Source: an uncultured Agathobaculum sp. (GTDB lineage: Bacteria; Bacillota; Clostridia; Oscillospirales; Butyricicoccaceae). Taken from it: a DNA stretch of 64,000 nucleotides. Below, one piece after another: positions 62,966 to 64,000 of this stretch. The DNA is taken from contig CALWUN010000001.1 of the NCBI GenBank assembly GCA_944384735.1, forward strand, positions 30,464-94,463, read 5' to 3'. A program made the translations under genes and the position numbers. A model generated the notes under the pieces. It saw nothing but the letters and a program-made list of their open reading frames with translations, did no database searches and was not told where the DNA came from. Position 1 is the first letter of the stretch; each line of letters starts with the position of its first letter.

Positions 62966-64000
62966 TTACAGCTTGGCAAGCTCCTGCGCGATCAGCTTGT
63001 TGATGATCTGCGGGTTGCCCTGACCCTTGGAAGCCTTCATGCACTGGCCTACGAGGAAACCGGTGACATTCTTGCCCGCCTTGAAGTCCGCGACCGCCTT
63101 TTCATTCTTCGCGATTACGTCCTGCACGATGGCGAGGATTGCGCCCTCGTCGGACACCTGCTTGAGACCCATGCGCTCGACGATCGTCTCGACCGTCTCG
63201 TCGGTCTCGAACATGCTCGGCAGCACCTTCTTACCCGCGTTGCCCGAGATCGTGCCCGCCTCGATCAGCTTGATCAGGTCGACCAGCTTGTCTGCTGTCA
63301 GCTTGGTGTCCGGCAGCTCGACCGCCTTGTCGTTGAGGTACTTGGAAATGTCGGACAAAATCCAGTTGGCCGCCGCCTTGGGCTTGACCTGCTTTGCCGC
63401 CGCGTCGAGCAGCTCGGCCTTGGCAAAGTTGTCCGAGATCAGGCGCGCTTCCATCGCGGTCATTCCGTATTCGTTCAGATAGCGCTCATAGCGCGAGATC
63501 GGCAGCTCGGGAATTTCACTCTCGATCTTGCGCATCCACTCGTCGTCGATCTCGACCGCGATCAGGTCGGGATCGGGGAAATACCGATAGTCCTGCGCGT
63601 CCTCCTTGGTGCGCATGACTGTGTTCTTGAGCTTGACGTCGTCCCAGCGGCGGGTCTCCTGCTGGATCTCGCCGCCGTTCTCGACGACCTCGATCTGGCG
63701 GGCGATCTCATAGTCGATCGCGCGCACCGCGCCCGAAAACGTGTTGATGTTCTTCATCTCGACGCGCGTGCCGAACTCCTCCGAGCCCTCCGGACGGATG
63801 GACACGTTGACGTCGCAGCGGATCGAGCCCTCCTCCATCTTGCAGTCGCAGATGTCGAGGTAGGACAGCGTGGTCTTGATCATTTCAAGGAATTCCTTAG
63901 CTTCCGCCGAGGAATGCAGGTCGGGCTTGGTGACCATCTCGATCAGCGGCACGCCGCAGCGGTTGAAGTCGACGACCGTGCCGTCGATCTCGTCGTGCAG
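62966..64000 (-). CDS. gatB: Asp/Glu-tRNA amidotransferase subunit B (5' end lies outside the window)
   Basis: VDFNRCGVPLIE, MEEGSIRCDVNVS, RVEMKNIN, MRTKEDAQDYRYFPDPD and FLVGQCMK motifs. Confidence 0.96.
   Translation of the reverse strand: MHDEIDGTVVDFNRCGVPLIEMVTKPDLHSSAEAKEFLEMIKTTLSYLDICDCKMEEGSIRCDVNVSIRPEGSEEFGTRVEMKNINTFSGAVRAIDYEIARQIEVVENGGEIQQETRRWDDVKLKNTVMRTKEDAQDYRYFPDPDLIAVEIDDEWMRKIESEIPELPISRYERYLNEYGMTAMEARLISDNFAKAELLDAAAKQVKPKAAANWILSDISKYLNDKAVELPDTKLTADKLVDLIKLIEAGTISGNAGKKVLPSMFETDETVETIVERMGLKQVSDEGAILAIVQDVIAKNEKAVADFKAGKNVTGFLVGQCMKASKGQGNPQIINKLIAQELAKL

Overview
A ~60% GC chromosomal window whose gene set (SLH-domain proteins, sigma-A-type promoters, AAGGAGG ribosome-binding sites) points to a Clostridia-type monoderm, probably Oscillospiraceae/Butyricicoccus-like; the taxonomy is inferred. 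Positions 1-17 kb hold housekeeping and accessory genes: aroK, an SLH phosphodiester glycosidase, a MATE pump, murD, RNase P RNA, TetR, a Na/Pi cotransporter, a C26 peptidase, TspO, a GntR/YtrA ABC operon and a two-component system. From ~17.2 to 61.9 kb lies a ~45 kb contractile injection system (Afp/PVC/eCIS-like) locus. It has 31 consecutive minus-strand genes (57004 to 17180): sheath, two tube genes, chaperone pair, two Afp7-like genes, split spike, gp25, two baseplate-J-like genes, gpI-like, Pvc16 terminator and DUF4280 tip. The structural block is preceded by an envelope module (fibre-like, kinase-like, pseudo-cyclase/HAMP, MORN, TolC-like, secreted coiled-coil). It is followed by an RsbV/RsbW/RsbU partner-switch module, an SLH protein, DUF2156/EamA/membrane genes and a G5-3D cell-wall enzyme. 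An upstream two-component pair is divergent, and its response regulator is translationally coupled to the Afp15-like AAA+ ATPase. I recognised no capsid, terminase, integrase, holin or toxin gene. Sequence-level highlights are a candidate -1 frameshift between the chaperone genes and a hairpin-split Shine-Dalgarno on the sheath gene. The window ends with a PHP gene and a partial gatB. All family assignments come from motif recognition by eye, not database searches.
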